From positions 20,648,001-20,712,000 of the forward strand of contig NC_087252.1 of assembly GCF_037042905.1 (NCBI RefSeq): a stretch of DNA of 64,000 nucleotides, read 5' to 3'. This document shows, piece by piece, positions 40,983 to 52,740 of the stretch (position 1 is the first letter of the stretch; each line of letters opens with the position of its first letter). The position numbers and the translations under genes were made by a program. Source of the stretch: Lytechinus pictus (taxonomy: Eukaryota). A model generated the notes under the pieces. It was given only the letters and a program-made list of their open reading frames with translations, ran no database searches and was not told the origin of the DNA.

Positions 40983-41198
40983 CTTTAACCGTTGCCTGCG
41001 TGTAGTTCCTGAGAATGTAACCCCTGAAGTCGGTGAGTCTGCATATGTACCGTCCAGCGTCATCATCCTCGACGTCATGGACCACCAAGGAAAAGTCTTC
41101 TGTTAGGTCATACTTTCCAGTCGCATACGCTGGGACGGTGACCCCTCGTGGAGGTGGGTACCAAGTGACTAGATTTGTTCCTGACGCCAGATCGGGTC
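40983..41198 (-). CDS. Exon 2: C-terminal half of V-type Ig (PDLASGTNLVTW...FSLVVHDVEDDDAGRYICRL...TQATVK)
   Basis: cccag acceptor, G|gtaag donor; canonical D-x-G-x-Y-x-C F-strand motif; in frame with the previous exon; an alternative in-frame acceptor about 18 nt downstream is possible. Confidence 0.88.
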
Positions 41199-42599
41199 CT
41201 GGGATTCGAGGTGGCGCAAGTAAAAATTGAGGTATAATGGAGGGTGACACGACATTTGCTCCTGCGACATTTCCTCTGGCCTTAATATCTCAGATGGCAT
41301 ACGATTAGAGTTAGGATTGTGATAGAGTTTTTGTTTCAGAATGATGTAAATGATTATAGGATTAGCGTTTATTTAGTTTTGGGGTTATATTATATGCTTG
41401 TTTAACCTGCAGATTTTGCATCTCAGCAATTGTCGACGGATTAAATGTCATGTAACCAAAATGGAGATCCGTCAACGAGCTGGGTGAAAAGGCCAACTAG
41501 AACTAATTTACCGTCAATTAACCATGATAATCTCGTAGTAATTTATACCATCTAGAGCGATATCAATAGAGAAAATATGTCTTGGCTTGGCGCAATAGAT
41601 AAAAAAATGATCAATGGTGCCGCGTGGAGACAATTATTTGGAAAGACAAGATCAAAGTTTAGCTTTGGAAAGAATATTAAAGACTATTGAGACGGGGTTT
41701 GAAAGCATCCAACAAAATGGTGGTACTGATGTAAGTTCTTTACTGAACGAACTTGTTTTTCCTTTTATTTTGTGTTAATATCATTATTGAGCCAGGGGTG
41801 TTGTATTTTTTCAGACTTATATGGGGTTAAAAGTACAAGTCATTTTTATTAATATTTATGAACGGCTATCTACAATCTTCCGTTTGCGGAAAATGGAGTT
41901 AAACCGTTATTTAGTCGCGGGTCATAATAATGTAGCTTTTCTTGGACAGTTTAATAAATGGGCAGCGCCACTTCTGCGAGTTTGAGGAATGGGTAGTGCA
42001 TGTGTTTTAAGTTTAGCGCACGGTTGCCTATTGTGTCCATTTTAGGATTCAGGACGCGTGATATGAAGAAAAAATAATAATTTCACGTCATCAAGCCTTT
42101 GAGTCACAGATTTATGTCGTATTTGTTAAAGTTCAAGTCCTAGTTACATTTGAAGTCAATTTCATTTCAATCATACGATAAAAAATAACATGATACAATC
42201 ATAATAATCTAATGGGGTGTTGCAAGAAACTTGCGATCAATTGTAAGTCAATTTTTGGTCCCTAAGTCAATCACATCTCTTTTAATTAATTGTAGATTTG
42301 TGATTGATTGTTGAACTGCTTCTTGTATGAAGAAATGTAATCTGATTTACTACAGCTAAAATTGATATATTCATTGTAAAATTACAATAGAATATTTGCA
42401 ATTGATTGCAAATATTTTCTTGCAACACCCCCTAAGTCTTTCAACTTAGGAAATGGATGACATTGGTAACTAGAGTGAAAGGTAGCGAGACTTCCTTGTC
42501 CCTAGACATTGAGAGAAAATGATAATTACATGTACATGGTAATGTAAATGTTCCAATGCTGCAGACATACTTATATGCATACTACATTTTACAAAATCA

Positions 42600-43367
42600 C
42601 GGGTTACGTTTAGGGTTAGTCATCCATTCATGCGCATACACACCCGAACACTCACATACCCGCACATACACCCAGACAATAATAAAGGATAGGGTGTTAG
42701 TCATCAAATTTCACACATATACACCCCAACACTCACATACACATACACACACATACACCCAGAAAATAATAAAGGTTAGGGTGTCAGTCATCAAATTTCA
42801 CACATATACACCTCAACACTCACATACCCACACATACACCCAGACAATAATAAAGGATAGGGTGTTAGTCATCACATTTCACACATATACACCCCAACAC
42901 TCACATACACACACATACACCCAGAAAATAATAAAGGTTAGGGTGTCAGTCATCAAATTTCACACATATACACCCCAACACTCACATACCCACACATACA
43001 CCCAGAAAATAATAAAGGTTAGGGTGTTGTGGAAGAGCCGTGGTGTAGTGGTTCTGACTCTCGCCTTGTAAACAGAGGGTCGTGTGTTCGAATCCCACCG
43101 CGGTCTAGCGTCCTTTGGCAAGGCGTTAATCCACACTTTGCCACTCTCGACCCAGGTGCTAAATGGGTACCCGGTAGGATGCGAAAGGTATTGTATGTTT
43201 GATTTTGCCAGCGCCATAATGTGGCTGCGACGAATGCAAGGAATGCTCCCCAGGGAGTGGAAATTGTGCACTTTTCGTGTTTGATTGAAATGAATCCAAT
43301 GACCGGGGTAATAATATGCTGTAACGCGCTTTGGGTCATTCTGGAAAAAGCGCTTTATAAAAATTGG

Positions 43368-43403
<36 letters not shown>

Positions 43404-44228
43404 GTCATCAAATCTCGCACATACATACCCCAATCACGCACATACACACACATACACCCAGAAAATAATAAAGGTTAGGGTGTTAGTCATCAAATCTCAC
43501 ACATATACACCCCAACACTCACATACACACACATACACCCAGAAAATAATAAAGGTTAGGGAGTTAGTCATCAAATTTCACACATATACACCCCAATACT
43601 CACATCCCCACACATACACCCAGAAAATAATAAAGGTTAGGGAGTTAGTCATCAAATTTCACACATATACACCCCAACACGCACATACCCACACATACAC
43701 CCAGAAAATAATAAAGGTTAGGGTGTTAGTCATCAAATCTCACACATATACACCCCAATACTCACATCCCCACACATACACCCAGAAAATAATAAAGGAT
43801 AGGGAGTTAGTCATCAAATTTCACACATATACACCCCAACACTCACATACCCACACATACACCCAGAAAATAATAAAGGTTAGGGTGTTGTGGAAGAGCC
43901 GTGGTGTAGTGGTTCTGACTCTCGCCTTGTAAACAGAGGGTCGTGTGTTCGAATCCCACCGCGGTCTAGCGTCCTTTGGCAAGGCGTTAATCCACACTTT
44001 GCCACTCTCGACCCAGGTGCTAAATGGGTACCCGGTAGGATGCGAAAGGTATTGTATGTTTGATTTTGCCAGCGCCATAATGTGGCTGCGACGAATGCAA
44101 GGAATGCTCCCCAGGGAGTGGAAATTGTGCACTTTTCGTGTTTGATTGAAATGAATCCAATGACCGGGGTAATAATATGCTGTAACGCGCTTTGGGTCAT
44201 TCTGGAAAAAGCGCTTTATAAAAATTGG

Positions 44229-44264
<36 letters not shown>

Positions 44265-45555
44265 GTCATCAAATCTCGCACATACATACCCCAATCACGC
44301 ACATACACACACATACACCCAGAAAATAATAAAGGTTAGGGTGTTAGTCATCAAATCTCACACATATACACCCCAACACTCACATACACACACATACACC
44401 CAGAAAATAATAAAGGTTAGGGAGTTAGTCATCAAATTTCACACATATACACCCCAATACTCACATCCCCACACATACACCCAGAAAATAATAAAGGTTA
44501 GGGAGTTAGTCATCAAATTTCACACATATACACCCCAACACGCACATACCCACACATACACCCAGAAAATAATAAAGGTTAGGGTGTTAGTCATCAAATC
44601 TCACACATATACACCCCAATACTCACATCCCCACACATACACCCAGAAAATAATAAAGGATAGGGAGTTAGTCATCAAATTTCACACATATACACCCCAA
44701 CACTCACATACCCACACATACACCCAGAAAATAATAAAGGTTAGGGTGTTGTGGAAGAGCCGTGGTGTAGTGGTTCTGACTCTCGCCTTGTAAACAGAGG
44801 GTCGTGTGTTCGAATCCCACCGCGGTCTAGCGTCCTTTGGCAAGGCGTTAATCCACACTTTGCCACTCTCGACCCAGGTGCTAAATGGGTACCCGGTAGG
44901 ATGCGAAAGATATTGTATGTTTGATTTTGCCAGCGCCATAATGTGGCGGGAATGCTCCCCAGGGAGTGGAAATTGTGCACTTTTCGTGCTTGATTGAAAT
45001 GAATCCAATGACCGGGGTAATAATATGCTGTAACGCGCTTTGGGCCATTCTGGAAAAAGCGCTTTATAAAAATTGGGTATTATTATCATTATTATTATTA
45101 GTCATCAAATCTCGCACATACATACCCCAATCACGCACATACACACACATACACCCAGAAAATATTAAAGGTTAGGGTGTTAGTCATCAAATCTCACACA
45201 TATACACCCCAACACTCACATACACACACATACACCCAGAATATAATAAAGGTTAGGGTGTTAGTCATCAAATCTCACACATATACACCCCAACACTCAC
45301 ATACACACACATACACCCAGAAAATAATAAAGGTTAGGGTGTTAGTCATCAAATCTCACACATATACACCCCAACACTCACATATCCACACATACACCCA
45401 GAAAATAATAAAGGTTAGGGTGTTAGTCATCAAATCTCACACATATACACCCCAACACTCACATACCCACACATACACCCATAAAATAATAAAGGTTAGG
45501 GTGTTAGTCATCAAATCTCGCACATACACACCCCAATCACGCACATCCCCACACA
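42600..45555 (+). repeat. 81-bp minisatellite containing an 861-bp higher-order repeat
   Basis: Unit ttagtcatcaaat.tcacacatatacaccccaacactcacatac.cacacatacacccagaaaataataaaggttagggtg; ORFs recur at an exact 861-bp offset. Confidence 0.95.
43029..43400 (+). mobile_element. tRNA-derived SINE with L2-like tail; copies at about 43890-44261 and 44751-45099
   Basis: A box tggtgtagtgg, B box gttcgaatcc, tail gcgctttggg..aaaagcgctttataaaa..(tta)n. Confidence 0.9.
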
Positions 45556-45903
45556 CGCATGCAGTAAATGATGCATGGTATATATAGATGTGAAAAATGA
45601 TCAGGGATCCGTTGCAGAAAGAGTTGCGTTAAACGCAAGTCAAAAATCAATCGCAAGCCCCCAATGCGCGCTGTTGATTGGTTGAAAATCAAGTTGCGCA
45701 TGATTTTTAGAGTTGCGATTGATTGCAACTCTTTCTGCAACGGGCCCCATACCAGTTTAGGGGAATAGAAGAGACCAACTGTCTCCTTAATTGAACCGTA
45801 AAAGATGACAGAGCCATGACAGAAGGCATCAATGCAAAATGTTCTCTGTAATGAATTTGCTCATAGTTCATAGACAATACAAATAGGGCATTATTGTTCT
45901 TAC

Positions 45904-46017
45904 CCTTTAGCCAGAAGACAGCTAATGGTTCGCCTTTAAACCGACATTGCAGCACCCCATCATGTCCTCGAAGAAAAACAGGCCTTACATCCACCACTAC
46001 CACGTCCACAGGAATGT
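45904..46017 (-). CDS. Ig/multi-death-domain receptor, first detected exon: N-terminal half of V-type Ig (IPVDVVVVDVRPVFLRGHDGVLQCRFKGEPLAVFWLKG)
   Basis: tttcttag acceptor (AG 46019-46018) and G|gtaag donor (GT 45903-45902); phase 1-1; B-strand Cys (LQC) and C-strand Trp (VFW). Confidence 0.85.
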
Positions 46018-47029
46018 CTAAGAAACAAAAATATATCAATGTATATAAAAGATTCTATTTTATTTAAAAAAAAGACCAAAAAATATCCTAAATCTTCGAA
46101 AATCAGAACTTTTGTGCTGTATCTTACTGACAAAGATGGGGGTTTCGTGCACGGAGTACCCTTTTTACTTTCTTTAATATTTATGTATTTCATCCATTCC
46201 ACAATGATATACAAGTAAATATAGAAAGATAATTCCATTCTTCAAAACAGATTGCAAGATTGGATAGAGGTGTGCATATGTGCGAGGTTCTGGGGACGCC
46301 GTGTGTGTGCGTGGGGGTGTGAGAGTGTGCGTGCGACAGCGAGGAGGATGACGTATATGCAGGTGTGGGTGCATGGGTAGGGTGTGTGTGGGTGGATGGT
46401 GGTAGTGTGAGTTTCTGTGATAGGTTTTACCTTAATGTATCATTTCAATGTTGTAAAACTTAGATACCGAAATTAGCATCACTAAGATTAATTTTACTGT
46501 TCTATTTTTTTTACGTTCAAAGTCCTTTCATTTCAGTTCAAAATATTACAGTTCACTTCTCGGACTCAAGTCATGTCATCACGGCTCACCAGCAATCCAT
46601 TAATTTTGGAGGCTGTATAAATATGTCTTCTGAAATGTAGGAATAAACTTAGTAAAAACAGAATTTAAGGACGTTCCACAGTTATGTTTGTGCGCACCAT
46701 AGTCTGCGCATATTTTACACTCTGCGCGCCGACGTCACAATGGATGAACTTGTTATTTAATCAGCTGTAGGTAATGTGAGCTGATTTTTCTCCTTATCTG
46801 CACTAACTGCAGATCTGATGTGTTATTTTATGAAGCTAATAAACTGGAAATATTCCATGGACCATTTTTTATTCCTCTACAATTTCAAAGTAGTTTCTCT
46901 GTAGTGCTGCAAAGTATGATGAATATGACCCCGAGTATGAATAAATGAAAAAGTGGTTCGGAAATTTTCCTCACATGCATAGATACTGCTTTTGGCGCGC
47001 TTTCGGGTGTTTTAAGAAATTGCTCTAAT

Positions 47030-48760
47030 AAGAGTGCTGATAGTTTGAAAACAAGCACATGAACCCATATTTTTAAATGTTTGCACTTCTTAGGTATACA
47101 CTCCTCTACAACTTTGCAAAGTTTGGTGAAAATGACATGGGTTTTGAATAAAGTGCAGCATTTCTTTCGCTTCTCAAGTTTGTTATTGAAATTTCACATT
47201 CTTTAGGCTAAGTATCTTTCTCGCAATTTCTAAGAACTGAGAGTGTTGTTAGACTTAAATGAGCAAACAATTGACAGCAATATAAATAGATTATCCATCT
47301 CACGGATACAATTATTAATCATATTGCAAAATTTGATGAAATTTCCATGGATTTTGACTGAGAAATAGGGCTTTTAAACTCAATGTTGTGATCTCGTGAG
47401 GTCTAAAAATGCCAAATTCTTTTGGATGCGCAATTCTTAAGAACATCATCCATTTTGGGTTAACTTTTAAGCTCTGTAGCAAAAAATCAAGCACATGGAC
47501 CCATGTTAATTTTTGCCTATTTGGAATATTCAGGTGCTGAAGTATCTATGTGCAAAGTATGATGAAAACGACATGGATTTTCAATATTTGGGAGCAAGAC
47601 TGCGGAACCACTCGCATTTTAGACTGTATTAACAGACTTTTGCTTGTTTTCAGCGCATTTAGGGCTGTTTCAAGCCAACTCGCAATACTTTGGACACTGG
47701 TAATTCGAAAATGAGCACATGGACCCCATAGTTTAAGTGTCTTAACTTCTTCAGAATATATTTCTCTACAAATCTAGAGAGTATGATGAAAATTACATGG
47801 ATTTTGAATGTTTGGGAGCAGGACTAAGGAACCATTCGTCATGTTCGTATTTTAGACATGCATTTTGGACGGTATTAGACTTTTGCCAGTTTTAGGCGCA
47901 TTATAGACTGTTTCAAGCCAACTCGCAACATTTTTTACACTGATAGTTTTAAAACGAGCACATGGACCCCATATTTGTATTATTTTAACGTCTTCAGAAT
48001 ATATTCCTCTACAAATCTAGAGAGTATGATGAAAATGACATGGATTTTGAATGTTTGGGAGCAAAATTACGGAACCATTCGTATTTCAGACATTTTGGAC
48101 GGTATTATATCAGACTTTTACTTGTTTTCGGCGCATTTTGGGCTGTTGCAAGCCAACTCGTAACAGTTTAGACACTAATACCTTAAAAACGAGCACATGG
48201 ACCACATTGTTTTAATATCTTAACGTCATCAGAATATATTCCTCTGTAAATCTAGAGAGTATGATGAAAATGACATGGATTTTGAATGTTTGGGAACAAG
48301 ACTACGGAACTATTCGCATTTTAGACGGTATTATTAGACTTGCACGTTTTCGGTGCATTTTAGGTGGATTTCAATATTTTTTAAGCCAACTCGCAACACT
48401 TTGGACACTGATAGTTTAAAAACGGGCACATGGACCCCATATTTTTAATATTTTAATGTCTTTAAAATATATTCGTCTACAAATCTAGAGAATATGATGA
48501 AAATGACATGGATTTTGAATGTTTGGGGGCAAAACTACGGAACCATTCGCATTTTAGACGGCATTATTTTTAGATTTTGGCACGTTTTGGGCGCATTTTG
48601 GGCGATTTTCATGCCATCTTGCATCACTTTGGACACTCATAGTTAAAAAACGAGCACATGGGCCCCATATTTTTAACTTCCCTACACCTTCGATATGCAT
48701 TCCTCTATAATTTAGCCGAATTTGATGAAAATGACATGGATTTTGAAAAAAGTGCAGCTT
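47030..48760 (+). repeat. Tandem array of about 7 units of about 240 bp inside the Kolobok-like element
   Basis: Recurrent gcacatggaccccat...gatgaaaatgacatggattttgaa; a related unit near 55210-55300. Confidence 0.85.
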
Positions 48761-51606
48761 ACAAAACACTTTTTAAATTTTTTGAGTAGATTCACGTCTT
48801 TAAAGATTAGTTTTTTCCGAGTTTTTGCACCATTCTTGCCAAATGAGGGCGCTGCTGACTCCAAATAGCACAGAGATACGATCTTACGTATACGTAAGAG
48901 CTAGAGAGGGAACTCTTTGCGCGCGTTTTCATTTCCCATAGGTTTTGTACACAGCCAACATGGCTGCCGGTGGACAATTTGAAGGTTGATTTTGGAAGGT
49001 CAATGTTTAATTCATGAGTAATGACGTCAAAATACGCACAATGCACTTGTATGATTGGCTAGAGCGCTAATGTTTTATTCATATCCTCATGCATTAAACA
49101 TTTTTTTCCGTCCCACAATTCCCTACGATAGCTGTGCGAAGTGTCATTCTTTTTGACTCTGCGAAATTCAACTTTTTGAAATACAAAAGCAAGATTAATT
49201 ATCTATTTATAGAATTAATGTCCGGAATCATGATTTCTGAGTGAAATTCAGTTGAGCAGAAAATCTTTGAGGGAACATCTACATCAAAGTAATGGCATTC
49301 CATACAAATAAAAGTAAGTAAAGTTTAATTTCTTACTTTGATCTCAGTTGAAATTATAATGTGTTGTTCGGCAACGCGCTTGGCCTTATGTGCAGTTAAC
49401 AATGTAAACCACAATTTCCATATTTCCATTTCTTTTTCCTGATCCCAAATAAGTCTGACATCTAACTGACATATTTTCTCAGAAAATAAAACAGTTTTTC
49501 GTAGAACTAAGTTGGTTAATTGGAATGCTTCATGTCCGTCCTTATTAAATCTGTACTTCAGTTCATTGTCAGTTCATTGTCAAATATCAGGGGTAGATGT
49601 GGACTTGTTCAGTAACGGCAAAGCTGCATCAAATCTAAGCCAAATAATATACCGGTAGTCAGAGCGGAATACGGACTTTGATACCGCCGGTGCTAGCCGG
49701 CTACAAAATCGCCGATGTAGGCTAGGTCACTAGGTGTTGGGAATTAATTGTCAAACAAGCTTGAGTTGAAGTTGGGCCTGGGCCTACTGATTTTTCGACA
49801 CCGCTATTTCATCTTTATATGAATCAATATAATTATCTGCATTTAAAATGAAATTAAATTAAATCTAAATGAACTAAATCTATTTGGAATGATATCATCG
49901 GTAGATTTTGCCATGGTCACTCATGGTCGGAATGATTTGCGACGGTTTAGTCTTTTTTTACTAAAAGTAAGGCCCTAGATATAGATTTTTAAAAATGAAA
50001 TTCTAGATCTTTCTGGTTTGTCTTTTTTTTTCTACGAAGATTTAAGTTAACTTTATTCTAGTTCCTGGCTGGACCGTTGGACTAATACCGTATAATTAGC
50101 CTAACAACGGAGTTTTAATGATTCTTTTTTTTTTTGGGGGGGCAACATTTCTTTGTCAGGGTTCAAACTGCTCAATTATTTTTTTGGAAGGGTTGAGAAA
50201 ATTTCCAGTGCCCCATTTTGAATTTTATAAGTATAAGGCTAAGCAGAGAGAGCGGCTGATCCAATTGATTTATCTTTATTGTCCTCACTTGACTTTATTT
50301 GTGGTGAAAGGCAAAGGATCATTTAAACCTGCGAGCAAGCTAACCCTTTTTTTAAATCAAAATCAAACTTAAAGAGGAACTTACTTAGCCGTAGAGATTC
50401 ATATTAGACATGTTTATAGACGAGTGCAAAAAAAAATTGTCTCGCACTGGTGAATGAGCGAGAGCCAAATTTATCACACAAATAATAATTATCCTACATC
50501 TGTCAAAGCTGGCTTGGTGTATTGAAGATTGACAAAAGACCTCGCTATACTAGTAAGCTACGTATGCTTGAACCATTTAGTTTTTGGTCAAGACCAGCTT
50601 TTTTTTCTAGTTGGGAATATTCATAGGCTTAGGATATGACTAGCTGGAAATTCTGAAAATATTGTTTTATAAGAGGAATTTTGTTTAGCACTTCTAAAAT
50701 TCTAAACTGTAAAGTATTGTGTGTATATTGAATTGCAGATCCAATGGGATCAAGTTCTTAGCAGTCCCAGCCTTGTCAGAAGTACAAAGTCAACTACCAT
50801 TTACACATCACCAAGAGGTACATGAGTTACATGAGTAACAGGATATCTGAACTAAAAACTTGCAAGGTATGCTTGTTTTCGTTAAAAAAAAAACCCCTAT
50901 TTTATTCTGAATCATGTTATCCCATATAGTAAAGCTCTATTATGAGTTAATATTCTTTTGGATTCAGATTCACCAGTATTTCCATTATCATCAATACTTA
51001 TTGTCACTTTAAAACTCAGTTACTCTGTAGACAGAAATGAAAAAGGACAAAATATTGAGAGTAATCTTATGATATATATTTGAATGAGTTTTCACACTTA
51101 ATAAAAAAAGTTCTATAAATAATGATATATAATAGTGATCTATGAATCTTATCTGGCAACATAGATTACTACATGTGCATTATCTAAATAATATTGCATG
51201 GAAGATTAGGGGGCTAATAAAAAGTTTAACACTTCTAAATAAACTGGACTAGATGATTAAGAATAATTTATATCAGCAGCTCATTCTGTTCCTTTCTCTT
51301 TTTGTTTACCACGCAGGTTTCACAGGCTGTTTGAGTGTCATCATTGCAGATTAAGAAGAAATATGGAGGCCAAGTTCATAACAAGTAGTTACTTCATTGC
51401 AATTACAGATTTTGAAAATTGACTGAATTTGAATAAATGTGTCAATACATATTGAATGTTGCTTTTAAACTACACAGCTGTTGGGAAAAAATAACATTGG
51501 AGTATAAATATTTAGGTCCATAGGTTTCACACAAGATTAAAATATTTTTCCAAAGGGCACACCTACCCACCCTTTATCAATGTCCTAATCATCTACATGT
51601 AGTACT

Positions 51607-52740
51607 CAGTGGCGTAACTAAATCGGCTGACAAAAAAAAAAAAAACCGGGGAAAAAGAGAAAAAGAGGGAGAAAGAAAGAGAAACGAAGTGGGAAAGAGG
51701 AACTTCTTATTCATTATAATTTTATATCCTAATTATGTTATGTTACATTACACAATAAACATTTTTATAACTTTATGAAACATAATTTTCTCAGGGCCTA
51801 TATCTTCACTGTTCTTGGTGCTTGCATTGTCTGTTTAATGAGACATATAATTATGTTGTTTTTACTAAAACTTCCCGTTTTCAAGTCAATATACACCAAA
51901 TATATTTCCTCGCACTTCGAGTTATTATTGTTTTATGTAGTGATATATGCTTCTTTTTCATGACTACTTAAAATGATTGCCCCGTGTTAAGGTCTTAATA
52001 TAAATCATTTCCTGTCCGTGATTACGTTCGCATTAGTGGATTGGTGAGATATGTCTGCTCTCCATGAATTCGGATCGGTCCTTAAAATGTCCCTTTTTTC
52101 TGATGTGAATATCAACAATTTTCTGCTCGCGCATCGCGCTCGCATCACTTGATTAGTGAAATAAGTATGGTCTTCGTGAATTCCTACAAACAAGCCCTAA
52201 AATGCCCCTCTTAAGGTCTGAATTATCTAAATTTTCAGCTCGCGCTTTGCGCTCGCAATGTTTGATTAGTGAGATGCCTATGATATTCATGATGAATACA
52301 AGTGCTTAATGTGTTTAGATATAATTCTAACAAAATCAGCAAGCGCGTGGCACTCGCAATAGATGATTATGATTAGATATGTATACTCTTAATGGATTCC
52401 TAAAATATAGTCCTTTAAATCTTCTTGTTTGGGGTCAATATATAAAAAAAAATTCAGCTCGCGCTTCGCATTGTTTAGCGAGACAGGTACGTATCATGAT
52501 TACAAAAATTTGATTATAATGTCCCTTTTTAGATCTCAATATCAAAATTTTCAGCTCGCGCTTCGCGCTCGCATTATTTGATTAGTGAGATATATATCCG
52601 TTTAATGGCATTGTCTTTAAAATGTCTCTATTAGGTTAGTATACCTGGCAACTGAGCGCGCTTCGCGCGCTCACGAAGTGACTCAAAATTGTTGCTGGTG
52701 CCCCCCCCCCCCCAATGCCGTAACTCACGGTACGCCACTG
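51607..52740. mobile_element. hAT-type non-autonomous element nested in the 8.65-kb element; relative at about 35312-36374
   Basis: cagtggcgta..tacgccactg TIR; 8-bp TSD gtagtact. Confidence 0.9.

Noticed and set aside
40153..41230. Plus-strand ORFs at 40153-40617 and 41033-41230
   Set aside because: Antisense shadows of the Ig exons
43029..43105. tRNA gene (also at 6657, 43890 and 44751)
   Set aside because: A and B boxes run into a SINE body and (tta)n tail; no convincing cloverleaf or T-run terminator
42600..45555. CRISPR-like array or telomere
   Set aside because: No unique spacers and no cas genes; eukaryotic context; TTAGGG occurs only once per unit
42556..45587. His/Thr-rich repetitive ORFs of 136-171 aa
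   Set aside because: Artefact of an 81-bp (27-codon) stop-free minisatellite in an intron
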